Shown in pieces: positions 37,876-47,036 of a stretch of DNA of 64,000 bases; the stretch's first letter is position 1; each line of letters starts with the position of its first letter. Below the pieces are notes generated by a model. It searched no databases and was not told where the DNA came from. It saw nothing but the letters and a program-made list of their open reading frames with translations. The position numbers and the translations under genes are program-made. Origin of the DNA: a bacterium (GTDB lineage: Bacteria > UBA8248 > JACPRG01 > G963555815). The DNA lies in the NCBI GenBank assembly GCA_965218795.1, contig OZ244653.1, positions 352,001-416,000 of the forward strand, written 5' to 3'.

Positions 37876-38913
37876 GTGTCGGAATTTCGACTCAATCCGG
37901 CGACGAACGAATGGGTGATCATCGCGGCCGACCGCGCCAAACGGCCCGATGCCTACCACCGGCATGATTCGGAGAAGATGGATTTTCCGGAATGGGAGGA
38001 AGACTGCCCGTTCTGTTTTTGCAATGAGCACATGACGCCCCACGAGATCTATCGGGACCCCCCCACTCCCGATACTTCCGGTGAATCCCGCCCCTGGCAA
38101 GTGCGAATCGTCCCGAACCTGTATCCTGCCTTGGATGCTTCCGGGCTTTCAGATGCCCGCGAAGGAGGCGACTGCTTTCATCGCCTGGAGGGTGTTGGGC
38201 TCCACGATGTCGTCATCGAGCATCCCGATCATAACCGTTTCACCCCCTTGATGAACGCCGATGAGATCGAGCGGGTGTTGTGCGCGTTTCGGTGGCGATT
38301 TGAACAAATTCGTGAAGACCCCCGGATCCGGCTGATCACGATATTCAAAAACCACGGCTGGTCCGCGGGGACGTCCCTGGTCCATCCCCATTCTCAAATC
38401 ATTGCCACCCCTTTGGTGCCGTTCACCGTCAGTTCCCGGCTGGATGCGGCGGTCCGTTACTTCGAACAGTGCGGACGGAGCGTCTACCGGGACATGCTGG
38501 AGGCGGAGTTGGAAGACGGTAGGCGGATTGTTTCCGAATCCGATCGCTTCGCCGCCTATTGTCCGTATGCGTCGAGATTCCCCTTCGAGGTGTGGATCCA
38601 GGCGAAAAGGGAGTGCCCGTCTTTTGGGGCCGTCACGCCGGATGATGTGAGGGATTTGTCAGCGGTCCTGGGCGACGTCCTGGGAGCACTCTATGAGGGC
38701 CTGGGAAACCCTTCGTTCAACTATGTGATCCGGACGGCGCCCATTGCCGATCAAGACAAGCCATACTCCGCGTGGCACGTCGAGGTTATCCCTCGCATCA
38801 CAACGACGGCGGGGTTTGAAATGGGCTCGGGAATCACGATTAATGTGACCGTGCCGGAGGAAAACGCCGCCTTTCTCCGCAGAGTCATGGAAGACCGGAT
38901 CTCGAGAGAGTGA
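37876..38913 (+). CDS. galT: Galactose-1-phosphate uridylyltransferase family (HIT)
   Basis: RAKRP, CPFC, VPNLYPAL, FKNHG..AGTSLVHPHSQI, AGFEMGSG. Confidence 0.88.
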   Translation: MSEFRLNPATNEWVIIAADRAKRPDAYHRHDSEKMDFPEWEEDCPFCFCNEHMTPHEIYRDPPTPDTSGESRPWQVRIVPNLYPALDASGLSDAREGGDCFHRLEGVGLHDVVIEHPDHNRFTPLMNADEIERVLCAFRWRFEQIREDPRIRLITIFKNHGWSAGTSLVHPHSQIIATPLVPFTVSSRLDAAVRYFEQCGRSVYRDMLEAELEDGRRIVSESDRFAAYCPYASRFPFEVWIQAKRECPSFGAVTPDDVRDLSAVLGDVLGALYEGLGNPSFNYVIRTAPIADQDKPYSAWHVEVIPRITTTAGFEMGSGITINVTVPEENAAFLRRVMEDRISRE

Positions 38914-38972
38914 GCGCGGAAGGCGTCCTTCCTCGCGCGGATTGAGGGCTCCCCCCGCGCTCCGCTGATCCG

Positions 38973-39407
38973 TCAGTCCTGTCGGGCCTTCTCAAGCATC
39001 CTTTGTGTTGCTTCTTCAAAAGAAGCGGGCACCATGAATTCCACGCCATTACCGTCCGGGTCCTGAAAGAACAGCTGCCGCATTCCCAGGGTGGCGTTCG
39101 GGTTTTCACAATAGGGCAGGCCCGCGTCGTCCAACCGCTGCCGAATCTCGGAAAAATCCTCGATGCCGATGGCCACGTGTCGGTTCCAGGCCATGCCCGA
39201 GAGATCCTGGTATTGATACACCGAGACGTATTCTTTGGGGAGGAGATGGATCTGCGTGGGGCCGACCTGATACCAGATCAGGGGCTTGCCGAAATCGGGC
39301 ATGTCCCGCTTTTCTTGCAGGCCGAGGATCCCGCCGTAGAATCTCCGAGAGCGCTCCAGGTCGGTGACGAGAATCGTGACGTGGTGCACGCCGAGCGGTT
39401 CGGGCAT
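38973..39407 (-). CDS. VOC/glyoxalase family protein
   Basis: HHVTILVTDLERSRRFY..LGL, HVAI, QLFFQDPDGNGVEF; AAGGAG RBS before ATG 39407. Confidence 0.88.
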   Translation of the reverse strand: MPEPLGVHHVTILVTDLERSRRFYGGILGLQEKRDMPDFGKPLIWYQVGPTQIHLLPKEYVSVYQYQDLSGMAWNRHVAIGIEDFSEIRQRLDDAGLPYCENPNATLGMRQLFFQDPDGNGVEFMVPASFEEATQRMLEKARQD

Positions 39408-39505
39408 GGCTTGGCTCCTTCTGCAATGGGCCGAATTTCGACGGCTCCAATTTTCAAAACCGATAAGGTGAGGCGCGTCCGCCGTCCGGAGCAGGCCCCG
39501 CGGCC

Positions 39506-40084
39506 TTATGATCTGAGTTTCGGCTCGGACCCTGCCAGCAGTCGCTTCAAATTGTCCCGATGACGGATGATGACAAGCGCGGCGACAATGGCCCCCGCCG
39601 TTGTCATCTGTGGACTCGCGCCCGCGCCATACAGAGAAAAAGGCATGACGGCCACGCCGAGGATCGAGCCGACCGAAATGCGCCGGCTCAGCTTCACGGC
39701 CGCGGCGAAAACGACCAGAGAGATAGCGGTCGCTAATGGAGCGGCAACGAGAAAGGCCCCCGCGGCCGTCGCGACGCCCTTGCCCCCGCGAAAGCAAAGC
39801 CACGGCGAGTACACGTGCCCCAGCACGGCGGCCAGGCACACCGTCGCCACCCACCCCTGAGGAATGCCCATCCACTTCGCCAGCGCGACGGCCAGCACGC
39901 CTTTGCCGAGGTCGCAGGCCAGCGTCAACGCGCCGGCGCGCCGGCCAACCGTCCGCCCGACGTTGGTCGCGCCGATATTGCCGCTGCCCGATCTCCGGAC
40001 ATCGACTCCGCTGGTTCGGGCGAACAGAATTCCGAAAGGGATGGAACCGATCAGGAATGCCAAAATGACGGGAACGGCGTTCAA
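39506..40084 (-). CDS. plsY: Glycerol-3-phosphate acyltransferase
   Basis: GSIPFG, GSGNIGATNVGR, GGKGVAT, RHRDNLKRL. Confidence 0.95.
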   Translation of the reverse strand: MNAVPVILAFLIGSIPFGILFARTSGVDVRRSGSGNIGATNVGRTVGRRAGALTLACDLGKGVLAVALAKWMGIPQGWVATVCLAAVLGHVYSPWLCFRGGKGVATAAGAFLVAAPLATAISLVVFAAAVKLSRRISVGSILGVAVMPFSLYGAGASPQMTTAGAIVAALVIIRHRDNLKRLLAGSEPKLRS

Positions 40085-40097
40085 GCCTCGGGTCCCC

Positions 40098-40721
40098 TCA
40101 AGGCTGGAAGACCTGTCGCCAGAACTGGCGAACGTAGCTCACGCCGGACGTGAGGCTCAAAATCAGGGCCGCCCAAAGCGCGATCATGCCGAGTCGATGG
40201 AAATCGAATATCCACCAATCGAAATCCAGGATCAAGAGGATTAAAGCGAGCATCTGGAAAGCCGTCTTGTACTTTCCCGTGCCGCTCGACTCGATAGGCA
40301 TGTCCCTGTTTTCACCGACCCAACGGAGTCCCGTGACGGCCACTTCGCGTCCAATCAGCAAGACGGCAATCCAGGCGGGCACAGAACCGTATGTGGTCAA
40401 AGGAATCAGGGCGGCGACGAGAATCAGCTTGTCGGCGATGGGATCCAGAAGGCGTCCCAAGTTGCTCTCCACCGTCCAGCGTCTCGCCAAGTATCCGTCC
40501 AGCCAGTCCGTGAGCGAGCCCAAGGCGACCACCAAGGCCGCAAGTGGGGCGTTGTAGAGCCCTTCCGTCAACAGGAGCGTAATGATGATCGGCGCCAGCA
40601 GCAGACGCAACATTGTCAGCTTGTTGGGGTGAAAAAGGGCGTGGACGGGCTTTGTATCGCTGCGAGGTCCGATGGTTCGGGATGCGGGCTCGGGTTTCTG
40701 GATTTGCGTGGACTGGGACAT
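40098..40721 (-). CDS. pgsA: CDP-diacylglycerol--glycerol-3-phosphate 3-phosphatidyltransferase
   Basis: PNKLTMLR, TDWLDGYLAR..GRLLDPIADK, GKYKTAFQM. Confidence 0.92.
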   Translation of the reverse strand: MSQSTQIQKPEPASRTIGPRSDTKPVHALFHPNKLTMLRLLLAPIIITLLLTEGLYNAPLAALVVALGSLTDWLDGYLARRWTVESNLGRLLDPIADKLILVAALIPLTTYGSVPAWIAVLLIGREVAVTGLRWVGENRDMPIESSGTGKYKTAFQMLALILLILDFDWWIFDFHRLGMIALWAALILSLTSGVSYVRQFWRQVFQP

Positions 40722-40739
40722 GGTGACTGATATCCCGGG

Positions 40740-41678
40740 TCAGTTCAGGTAATCGTGCAGTGCCTTCATTTGAGCGCGGGCCCTGAGTCTCCGCTTGGCC
40801 TTGGTCTCGATCTGCCGAATTCGTTCCCGTGAGAGACCGATCTTCTTACCGATTTCCTCGAGGGTCATCGGGTCTCCATTGAAGCCGAACCGCATCTTCA
40901 GGATTTCCTGTTCCCTCGGAGAAAGTTCCTGAAGGAGGGCGTTGACCTCACTCGCCAGTGAACTTCGGACCAAACCCTCTTCTATGGAAGGCATGTCTTT
41001 GGATTCGAGCATGTCCAGGTAGCGGGTATCGTCCCCCTCCGTGATCGGCGCGTCGAGGGACAGATGATTGCGGTACACCCTTAGGATGTTATCGATCTCC
41101 TCCACGGTCTGGTCCAGTTCCTTGGCAAGTTCGTCCGTCGTGGGCTCTCGTTCTTTTGCCTGCCTGAATTCTTGATACTTCTCGCCGATTTTGTAGAGCT
41201 TGCCGGCCTGCTTCATAGGAAGGCGGACTGTTCCCGACTGTACGGCCAGAGCGTGCATAATCGATTGGCGGATCCACCACACCGCATAGGTAATGAACTT
41301 GACCCCTTTGTCCGGATCGAACCGCTTCGCCGCCTGGATGAGACCGATGTTTCCTTCATTGATGAGGTCCAAGACGGAGAGCCCGCAACCTTTGTACTTA
41401 TTCGCCACGCTCACGACGTACTTGAGGTTGCCTTGGATCAGTTGGTCCATTGCTTCGCGGCTGCCTTTGATCATGTCGCGGGCGAGGCGCTGTTCCTCAT
41501 CGCGAGTCGGAACCGGGATGCCCCGGATTTCCTTCAGGTAGGAGGAAAGGGAATCCGCTGTAACCGGACCGATGTTGGATGCGCCGGAGGGTGGATTTTC
41601 GTCCTGATCTGGGCCAGGCTTCTCTTCCCGAGCGGGGTCGGAATCGGGGGGAGTAAACTCTTCGGGTTCTTCGGACAT
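40740..41678 (-). CDS. RNA polymerase sigma70 factor (RpoD/RpoS-like, no region 1.1)
   Basis: YLKEI, DLINEGNIGLIQAAKRFDP, TYAVWWIRQ, VRLP, TLEEIG..LSRERIRQIE. Confidence 0.93.
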   Translation of the reverse strand: MSEEPEEFTPPDSDPAREEKPGPDQDENPPSGASNIGPVTADSLSSYLKEIRGIPVPTRDEEQRLARDMIKGSREAMDQLIQGNLKYVVSVANKYKGCGLSVLDLINEGNIGLIQAAKRFDPDKGVKFITYAVWWIRQSIMHALAVQSGTVRLPMKQAGKLYKIGEKYQEFRQAKEREPTTDELAKELDQTVEEIDNILRVYRNHLSLDAPITEGDDTRYLDMLESKDMPSIEEGLVRSSLASEVNALLQELSPREQEILKMRFGFNGDPMTLEEIGKKIGLSRERIRQIETKAKRRLRARAQMKALHDYLN

Positions 41679-41773
41679 GTCTGTTGACTCAGGTGCTGGG
41701 GCCGGTCGGCATCAAGCCTCCTCGCGCCCCGTGAGGGTACATGATAGCACGGTTCTTTCAGACCTCCAAATGG

Positions 41774-42592
41774 TCAACGCAGGGAGGCGCCCTGTTGGAC
41801 GGTTTGGGGGAGGCGAGAATACAATCGTCGGGCCCATCTTTGGTATCCGCTCTTGGGGTGCTCGCGGATGAGCTTTCGCAGCGCCGCGGCCGCCTTGGCG
41901 TATTCTTCCTCTCGCCGGTAGGAATCCGCCAGGTAATAAAGCGCGGCATCCACAGAGGGAGTCTTCGGATAAATTTTCAATATCCCCAGAAACCGGGGAA
42001 TCGCGGCCTGGTAGGTGGAGTTGTTGTAGTGGAATTTCCCGATGTCGTACTCCTTGCGGGCAAGCCGCACTTCCAGCTCCAATATCTTGGGTGCGGCTTC
42101 TGACACCAACAGACTGTTGGGGAATTGGCGGACCAATCGCCTGAAACTCTTCAGCGCATCCTCGGCCTGGGTCTGGTCCCGGTCAATATGGGCAAGCCGT
42201 CGATAATCACACATCGATAAGTAATAGAGCGAACGGGGGGTTTGGGGATTCACGGGATACAGCTGGACGAACTTTTCATATTGAAATTTGGCCTCTTGGT
42301 AATCCTTTGAGGCGAAGAACGAGTCCGCCAGGCTCAAGAGCGCCTCACTGCGCAGATTGCTCTCCGGGTATTCCTGCAGAATTTTGTTGAAGGCCTCACG
42401 AGCCTGGTCAAAATTCTTATCCCGCATACTTTCCCGGCCAAGGACTATCAGGTCGCCGGGAGAAGAATCATCCTGCGGCGCCCTGCGCGCCGAGCACCCC
42501 GCTGCGACGAGAAGGACGCAAAGAAGCGGAAATAATAAAAATGAGATTCGGTCATGTAACGAACGGTGGGTCCAACGCTGACCATTGTGCAT
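41774..42592 (-). CDS. bamD: Outer membrane protein assembly factor BamD
   Basis: Lipobox VAAGC; TPR helices; DRDQT and F..L...FPNS motifs. Confidence 0.88.
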   Translation of the reverse strand: MHNGQRWTHRSLHDRISFLLFPLLCVLLVAAGCSARRAPQDDSSPGDLIVLGRESMRDKNFDQAREAFNKILQEYPESNLRSEALLSLADSFFASKDYQEAKFQYEKFVQLYPVNPQTPRSLYYLSMCDYRRLAHIDRDQTQAEDALKSFRRLVRQFPNSLLVSEAAPKILELEVRLARKEYDIGKFHYNNSTYQAAIPRFLGILKIYPKTPSVDAALYYLADSYRREEEYAKAAAALRKLIREHPKSGYQRWARRLYSRLPQTVQQGASLR

Positions 42593-42778
42593 TCTTTCGG
42601 CCGCTCCATCGAGATTGTTCCGCCACGTCTGAAGCCCAACCCTTTAGGGACGAAAAAACTTTATTTCATCATTTGCATGGTATTCTCCCGAACCGATACC
42701 GTCAAGGGATTTACCAATGATCGGTCATCGGATTGGCCCCTTGACCGGGGAGAGGCTTTATGACAACGTACGCCTGCC

Positions 42779-43045
42779 ATGGAAATCGAGGATTTCAGAA
42801 GAGAAATTGACGCCCTGGACAGCGAAATCGTTGAATTGATTAACCGGCGGGCGGAGATTGGGCTGAAAATAGGAGAGGTCAAACGGCTCCAGGGACAACC
42901 CATCCGAGTCCCCGGGCGTGAAGCCGAAGTCCTGGAGAGAATTTCCTCAATGGCCGGTGGACCCCTGTCTGCTGATGCGGTCAAGCGAATTTTCTCCCGG
43001 ATCATTGAAGAAATCCGTGCGCTCGAAGAGACAAATTCCGACTGA
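42779..43045 (+). CDS. Monofunctional chorismate mutase (AroQ)
   Basis: RREIDALDSEIVELINRR..IGEVK..PGREAEV motif. Confidence 0.9.
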   Translation: MEIEDFRREIDALDSEIVELINRRAEIGLKIGEVKRLQGQPIRVPGREAEVLERISSMAGGPLSADAVKRIFSRIIEEIRALEETNSD

Positions 43046-43121
43046 TGGGGAACCGGTTTTGCCCAGGAGCGCCATTCCTTCCAAACCACTCCCCGATATC
43101 CTTGACTGGGTCAAATGAAAC

Positions 43122-43175
43122 TTGACATTGGATTTCGCTGCCTGTAACTTCCTTGGCTTGTGAAAAATTGAACAT
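43122..43175 (+). promoter_or_regulatory. atp operon promoter with candidate Rex operator
   Basis: TTGACA-N17-TAACTT (43122-43150) followed by TTGTGAA-AAAT-TGAACAT (43158-43175), resembling the Rex site TTGTGAA-W4-TTCACAA. Confidence 0.6.
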
Positions 43176-43196
43176 GATCATTGGGGGTCTTGGGTT

Positions 43197-43535
43197 GTGA
43201 GCCCCGGTCAGAGGCTGGATTCGTCTTCTGCGCGAAGCCCGAAAGACCGGGCGAAACCGGGCGAAACGGCAACGGAGCGGGAACCCGTCCGGGATCGCAG
43301 CTTCAGCCAGTGGGGTGACCTGCTGTCGATGGGATGGAATTTCGCCTGCTCCATCGGCGTCGGGTTGGCGCTGGGAATCCTGTTCGATAAATATCTAGAG
43401 ACAAGGCCCTGGGGGACGATGTCTTTCCTTCTCCTGGGCATCGCTTCAGGTTTTGTCAACCTCTTTCGAGTCGCTCGCCGATTGGATCAGGAACGTGACT
43501 CAAAAGATGAGAAAAGAGAAACATCGACCCAGTGA
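43197..43535 (+). CDS. AtpZ/AtpI family protein
   Basis: G..LG..FDKYLET.PW...FLLLGIASGF pattern; first gene of the Fo operon. Confidence 0.85.
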   Translation: MSPGQRLDSSSARSPKDRAKPGETATEREPVRDRSFSQWGDLLSMGWNFACSIGVGLALGILFDKYLETRPWGTMSFLLLGIASGFVNLFRVARRLDQERDSKDEKRETSTQ

Positions 43536-43917
43536 CGGGATTCTGGTCGGTGTGGAATGGCGTGGATGGCTGCTGTCGCTCTTCGCCTCGGTGATCGCCC
43601 TCCTCTTCGGGAATTTCAGCGCGGCGCTCGGTCTGTTGTTGGGCGGGGCCCTGGCGATGTTGAATTTCCGGGGGATAAGGATTTATTTTGGGCGCGTTTT
43701 ACGAAAGGGTCGCCGACCGCCTTGGTGGATGCACGGGTTCTATTGGGCGAAGTTCGGGTTGATGGCGCTCATCCTGGCGGGAGCCTTCCGGCTCTGGGAA
43801 CCCCATCCGATCGGCGTCATCGGCGGGTTCTCTGTCTTGGTGATTGCGCTCATCTGGTCGGGCCTGAGGGCGCCCCGGAACGTGCAGGACGAATTGGTTC
43901 CTTCAACGGAGGTTTGA
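43507..43917 (+). CDS. atpI: ATP synthase protein I
   Basis: Four TM helices (GLLLGGALAMLNF, KFGL); located between atpZ and atpB. Confidence 0.75.
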   Translation: MRKEKHRPSDGILVGVEWRGWLLSLFASVIALLFGNFSAALGLLLGGALAMLNFRGIRIYFGRVLRKGRRPPWWMHGFYWAKFGLMALILAGAFRLWEPHPIGVIGGFSVLVIALIWSGLRAPRNVQDELVPSTEV

Positions 43918-43927
43918 GGACTCGGGC

Positions 43928-44608
43928 ATGAAAGAGCCCTTCATGTATTTTCATATTCCGGCTTTGCCGCTCCACGTGACCTATACTTGGATTCTCATGG
44001 TCATCCTCGTCGGGGCCGCGCTGCTCATACGTCGCTCTCTGAAGACGGTGCCCTCGGGCGGCCAAAATGTATGCGAAGCCATGTTCGGCGGGATCCTCAA
44101 CTTCATCGAGAGCGTCATGGGGCATGAGGGGCGGAAGTACTTTCCGCTGTTGGCGACCCTGGGCATCTTCATTTTTGCGGCCAATCTCTTTGGCCTGGTT
44201 CCGGGAATGTTCTCGCCGACGACCAGTATCAATACAACGGCTTCTTGCGCCCTCACGGTCTTCTTCATGACCCATTACCTGGGCTTCAAAACGCACGGCT
44301 TTGGGTATGTCAAGCAGTTCACGGGGCCCATTTGGTGGCTGGCGCCTTTGATGTTCGTCATCGAGCTGATTGGCCATCTGGCCAGACCCCTGTCCCTTTC
44401 GGTTCGCTTATTCGGCAATCTGTTTGCCAAGGAGCAGGTGCTCGTGAACATCATCGTGCTCGGGATTGTCTTCAAGTTTTTCCTCCTGCCCATGCTTTTC
44501 CCCTCATTAATGATTGTGTTCGCTATCTTTTTGGGGTTCATTCAGGCCTTCGTGTTCGTATTGTTGTCCATGATCTATCTGGGTGGTGCTTTGCAAGAGC
44601 ATCATTGA
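43928..44608 (+). CDS. atpB: F0F1 ATP synthase subunit a
   Basis: VPSGGQN, NLFGLVPG..PT, RPLSLSVRLFGN, IQAFVF..L..IY. Confidence 0.96.
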   Translation: MKEPFMYFHIPALPLHVTYTWILMVILVGAALLIRRSLKTVPSGGQNVCEAMFGGILNFIESVMGHEGRKYFPLLATLGIFIFAANLFGLVPGMFSPTTSINTTASCALTVFFMTHYLGFKTHGFGYVKQFTGPIWWLAPLMFVIELIGHLARPLSLSVRLFGNLFAKEQVLVNIIVLGIVFKFFLLPMLFPSLMIVFAIFLGFIQAFVFVLLSMIYLGGALQEHH

Positions 44609-44630
44609 TCTTGACGGAAAGGAGAGTTTG

Positions 44631-44987
44631 ATGAATCGACAGCTGTTGGCCGTCATTCTTTTGGTGGGCGCCGCCCTCCTGTTCGGAAGCGAGCTCGCTT
44701 GGGCCGCTGAGAAAGGGGGAGCGAGCGCGGATAAGATGACCTACTTCCTGGTGGCTGCATTCAGTTGCATGTTTGGACTGGGAATCGCGGCGATCGGGGG
44801 CGCTGCGGCTCAGGGCAAGGGAATCGCAAGCGCCCTGGATGGAATGGCGAGAAATCCAGGTGCGGCCGGCGATATCCGGACCTCCCTGATCATCGGTCTG
44901 GCCCTGATCGAGTCTCTCGTGATCTATGTCCTCCTGGTCGCCATCATCTTGTTGTTAGTCGACCCGTTCGCTCTATTGGTCAAGTAA
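44631..44987 (+). CDS. atpE: F0F1 ATP synthase subunit c with N-terminal extension
   Basis: GLGIAAIG, ARNP loop, GLALIESLVIY; AAGGAG RBS. Confidence 0.94.
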   Translation: MNRQLLAVILLVGAALLFGSELAWAAEKGGASADKMTYFLVAAFSCMFGLGIAAIGGAAAQGKGIASALDGMARNPGAAGDIRTSLIIGLALIESLVIYVLLVAIILLLVDPFALLVK

Positions 44988-44996
44988 ATCGTTGGC

Positions 44997-45034
44997 GGGA
45001 CGGGAGACTTCAGCCGGGTCTCCCGTCCCCATTT
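44997..45034 (+). terminator. Strong hairpin after atpE
   Basis: GGGACGGGAGAC-N9-GTCTCCCGTCCC perfect 12-bp stem; weak U-tract. Confidence 0.55.
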
Positions 45035-45132
45035 CGATGAGCCGGCCCATTGGGTGAAGGCCACTGACGGACCGCGGGGTCAATCTCGGCCGGTCGTCCC
45101 GGGCCTCCTTGTCCATAGTCCCTTGTGGCGCC

Positions 45133-45924
45133 ATGAAGTCTTCTTCCGCTCAAGCATCGAAACGGTCCGCCGAAAAGGGGAAGTTGAAGAGCGGAACCTC
45201 TCCCCGCCTTTTCGGAGCCCCGAATAGTCCGAAGAATCGGGACCGTAGCTCTCAGACTATCAAGACAGAACATATCCCGGAGGCGACGATTCATCGCCTG
45301 TCGGTTTACGGGCGGGTTCTCCATTTGATGGATGATGAAGGGCTGAGCATTGTTTCTTCCGCCGCTCTGGCGGGTCGATGCGGGTTCAATCCCGCCCAGA
45401 TTCGCAAGGACCTGGCCTATTTCGGAGAATTTGGTATCCGGGGGGTGGGGTACCGGGTACGGGAATTGCGGGACGCGCTGCGTCAGATCATGGGCGTCGC
45501 CAGAAGCTGGAAGGTGGCGCTGATCGGCGCCGGAAACCTCGGCTCGGCCCTAATGGCCTATCAGGGATTCTCCCGACACGGTTTTGAGTTTGCGGCTGTA
45601 CTTGACAAGTACCCATCGCGAACCCGGAGAGGACGAATGAAAAATCAGGAGGTCCTGCCGATGGACTTCCTGGTGGATGTCGTCCGCGATCGGGGGATCC
45701 AGATCGGAATCATCGCTGTTCCGGCGGAGAACGCGCAGGAAGTGGCCGACCGACTGGTCGCAGCGAAGGTCAGCGCCATCCTCAATTTCGCTCCGAGTCG
45801 AATTTCCGTTCCTCCGAACGTCAAACTTCGAAACGTCGACCTCGGCCTCGAATTGGAAGGACTGGCTTATTATCTGACCCAAGATGAGCGAAATCCCCCC
45901 AATAAGACCCAAGAGGGCCGATGA
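45133..45924 (+). CDS. rex: Redox-sensing transcriptional repressor Rex
   Basis: IPEATIHRLSVY, QIRKDLAYFGEFGIRGVGY, GAGNLGSAL, ILNFAP; start codon uncertain. Confidence 0.93.
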   Translation: MKSSSAQASKRSAEKGKLKSGTSPRLFGAPNSPKNRDRSSQTIKTEHIPEATIHRLSVYGRVLHLMDDEGLSIVSSAALAGRCGFNPAQIRKDLAYFGEFGIRGVGYRVRELRDALRQIMGVARSWKVALIGAGNLGSALMAYQGFSRHGFEFAAVLDKYPSRTRRGRMKNQEVLPMDFLVDVVRDRGIQIGIIAVPAENAQEVADRLVAAKVSAILNFAPSRISVPPNVKLRNVDLGLELEGLAYYLTQDERNPPNKTQEGR

Positions 45925-45937
45925 AGGGTACGCTCGT

Positions 45938-46654
45938 TTGTCTCTGATCTTGGGAATCGATACTGCGGATGTCGTCGGTTCGGTTGCTCTGGTCGCCGAT
46001 GGCGACAAGGTTGGACTCTCAACCTTTCATATCCCCCCGACGTACGCTGAGAACCTCGCCCGAAAGATCGCTCGCCTCCTGAAAAAGGCTGATGTGGCAG
46101 CTTCCGATCTGGCTGGGGTTGCCGTTTCCTCGGGTCCTGGTTCCTTTACCGGTCTTAGAATCGGGATTAGCACGGCTTTGGGAATGACGGCCGCGCTGGG
46201 AATTCCCATTGTCGGCGTGGAAACGCTTCCAGCCTGGGCAACCGCAATGGGCCGACGAAGCGAGCTCCTTTGCCCTGTCTTGACCGCCGGAAACGGTTTG
46301 ATATTTTTTGCGTTGTTCCAATGGGAGGATGCGGGACCCGTTCGGCTCACAGAGGACTCGGTCCTGGAACCGGAGGAATTGTGCCAAAGGATTGACCGTC
46401 CGACCCTTGTCTGGGGAGGCGGAGCCGAGCGCTCTCACGACATGTTTGACTCGGAAGCCGGACGAGGTCTGCGTTTGATCCCTCGGGGACAGTGGCCTTT
46501 GGCGGCGGCAGAGGTGGCCATTGCCGCAGAGTATCGGATACGAACCGGGGCGGGCGACCCGCCCGCCGGGTTTCAACCCCGATACGTCCGTGAAGCTGAG
46601 GCTCGGGTACAATGGCGACGGCGGTATGCCGGGGAGCATTCGGAGGGTCTTTGA
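45938..46654 (+). CDS. tsaB: tRNA threonylcarbamoyladenosine biosynthesis protein TsaB
   Basis: ILGIDT, GPGSFTGLRIG, PRYVR; start is TTG 45938 or ATG 45884. Confidence 0.9.
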   Translation: MSLILGIDTADVVGSVALVADGDKVGLSTFHIPPTYAENLARKIARLLKKADVAASDLAGVAVSSGPGSFTGLRIGISTALGMTAALGIPIVGVETLPAWATAMGRRSELLCPVLTAGNGLIFFALFQWEDAGPVRLTEDSVLEPEELCQRIDRPTLVWGGGAERSHDMFDSEAGRGLRLIPRGQWPLAAAEVAIAAEYRIRTGAGDPPAGFQPRYVREAEARVQWRRRYAGEHSEGL

Positions 46655-46737
46655 AGGGTGATAAAATAAGAACTTTCATTCTTCTTGTGAACTCCATATA
46701 TTGGTTCTTTAACCTCGACGAAGATGAGGAGAGCAGC

Positions 46738-46986
46738 ATGAGTGATAGTGAAGGAGAGCAGGAGCTGATCGATGCGATTCGTCAGACCGATCCGGAATTT
46801 GCACGGTTGGCTGATCAGCATACGGAATTGGACCAAAAAATTCTGCAGATGGAGACTCGCGCCCACTTGACGGCCGGGGAAGCAATGGAAATCAAGCAGC
46901 TGAAGAAGTTGAAGCTGAAGGCCAAAGACGAGATTGCGCAGATTTTGAAAAAACATCAAACACAATCATCCAATCCGGCCGGCTGA
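46738..46986 (+). CDS. DUF465/YdcH family small coiled-coil protein
   Basis: PEFARLADQHTELDQKI..LKKLKLKAKDEI; GAGGAG RBS. Confidence 0.85.
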   Translation: MSDSEGEQELIDAIRQTDPEFARLADQHTELDQKILQMETRAHLTAGEAMEIKQLKKLKLKAKDEIAQILKKHQTQSSNPAG

Positions 46987-47036
46987 GTCGGTCGGAATCA
47001 GGCAAGGCCAAAGGCTGAATTTTCGGAGCCGCAGGG

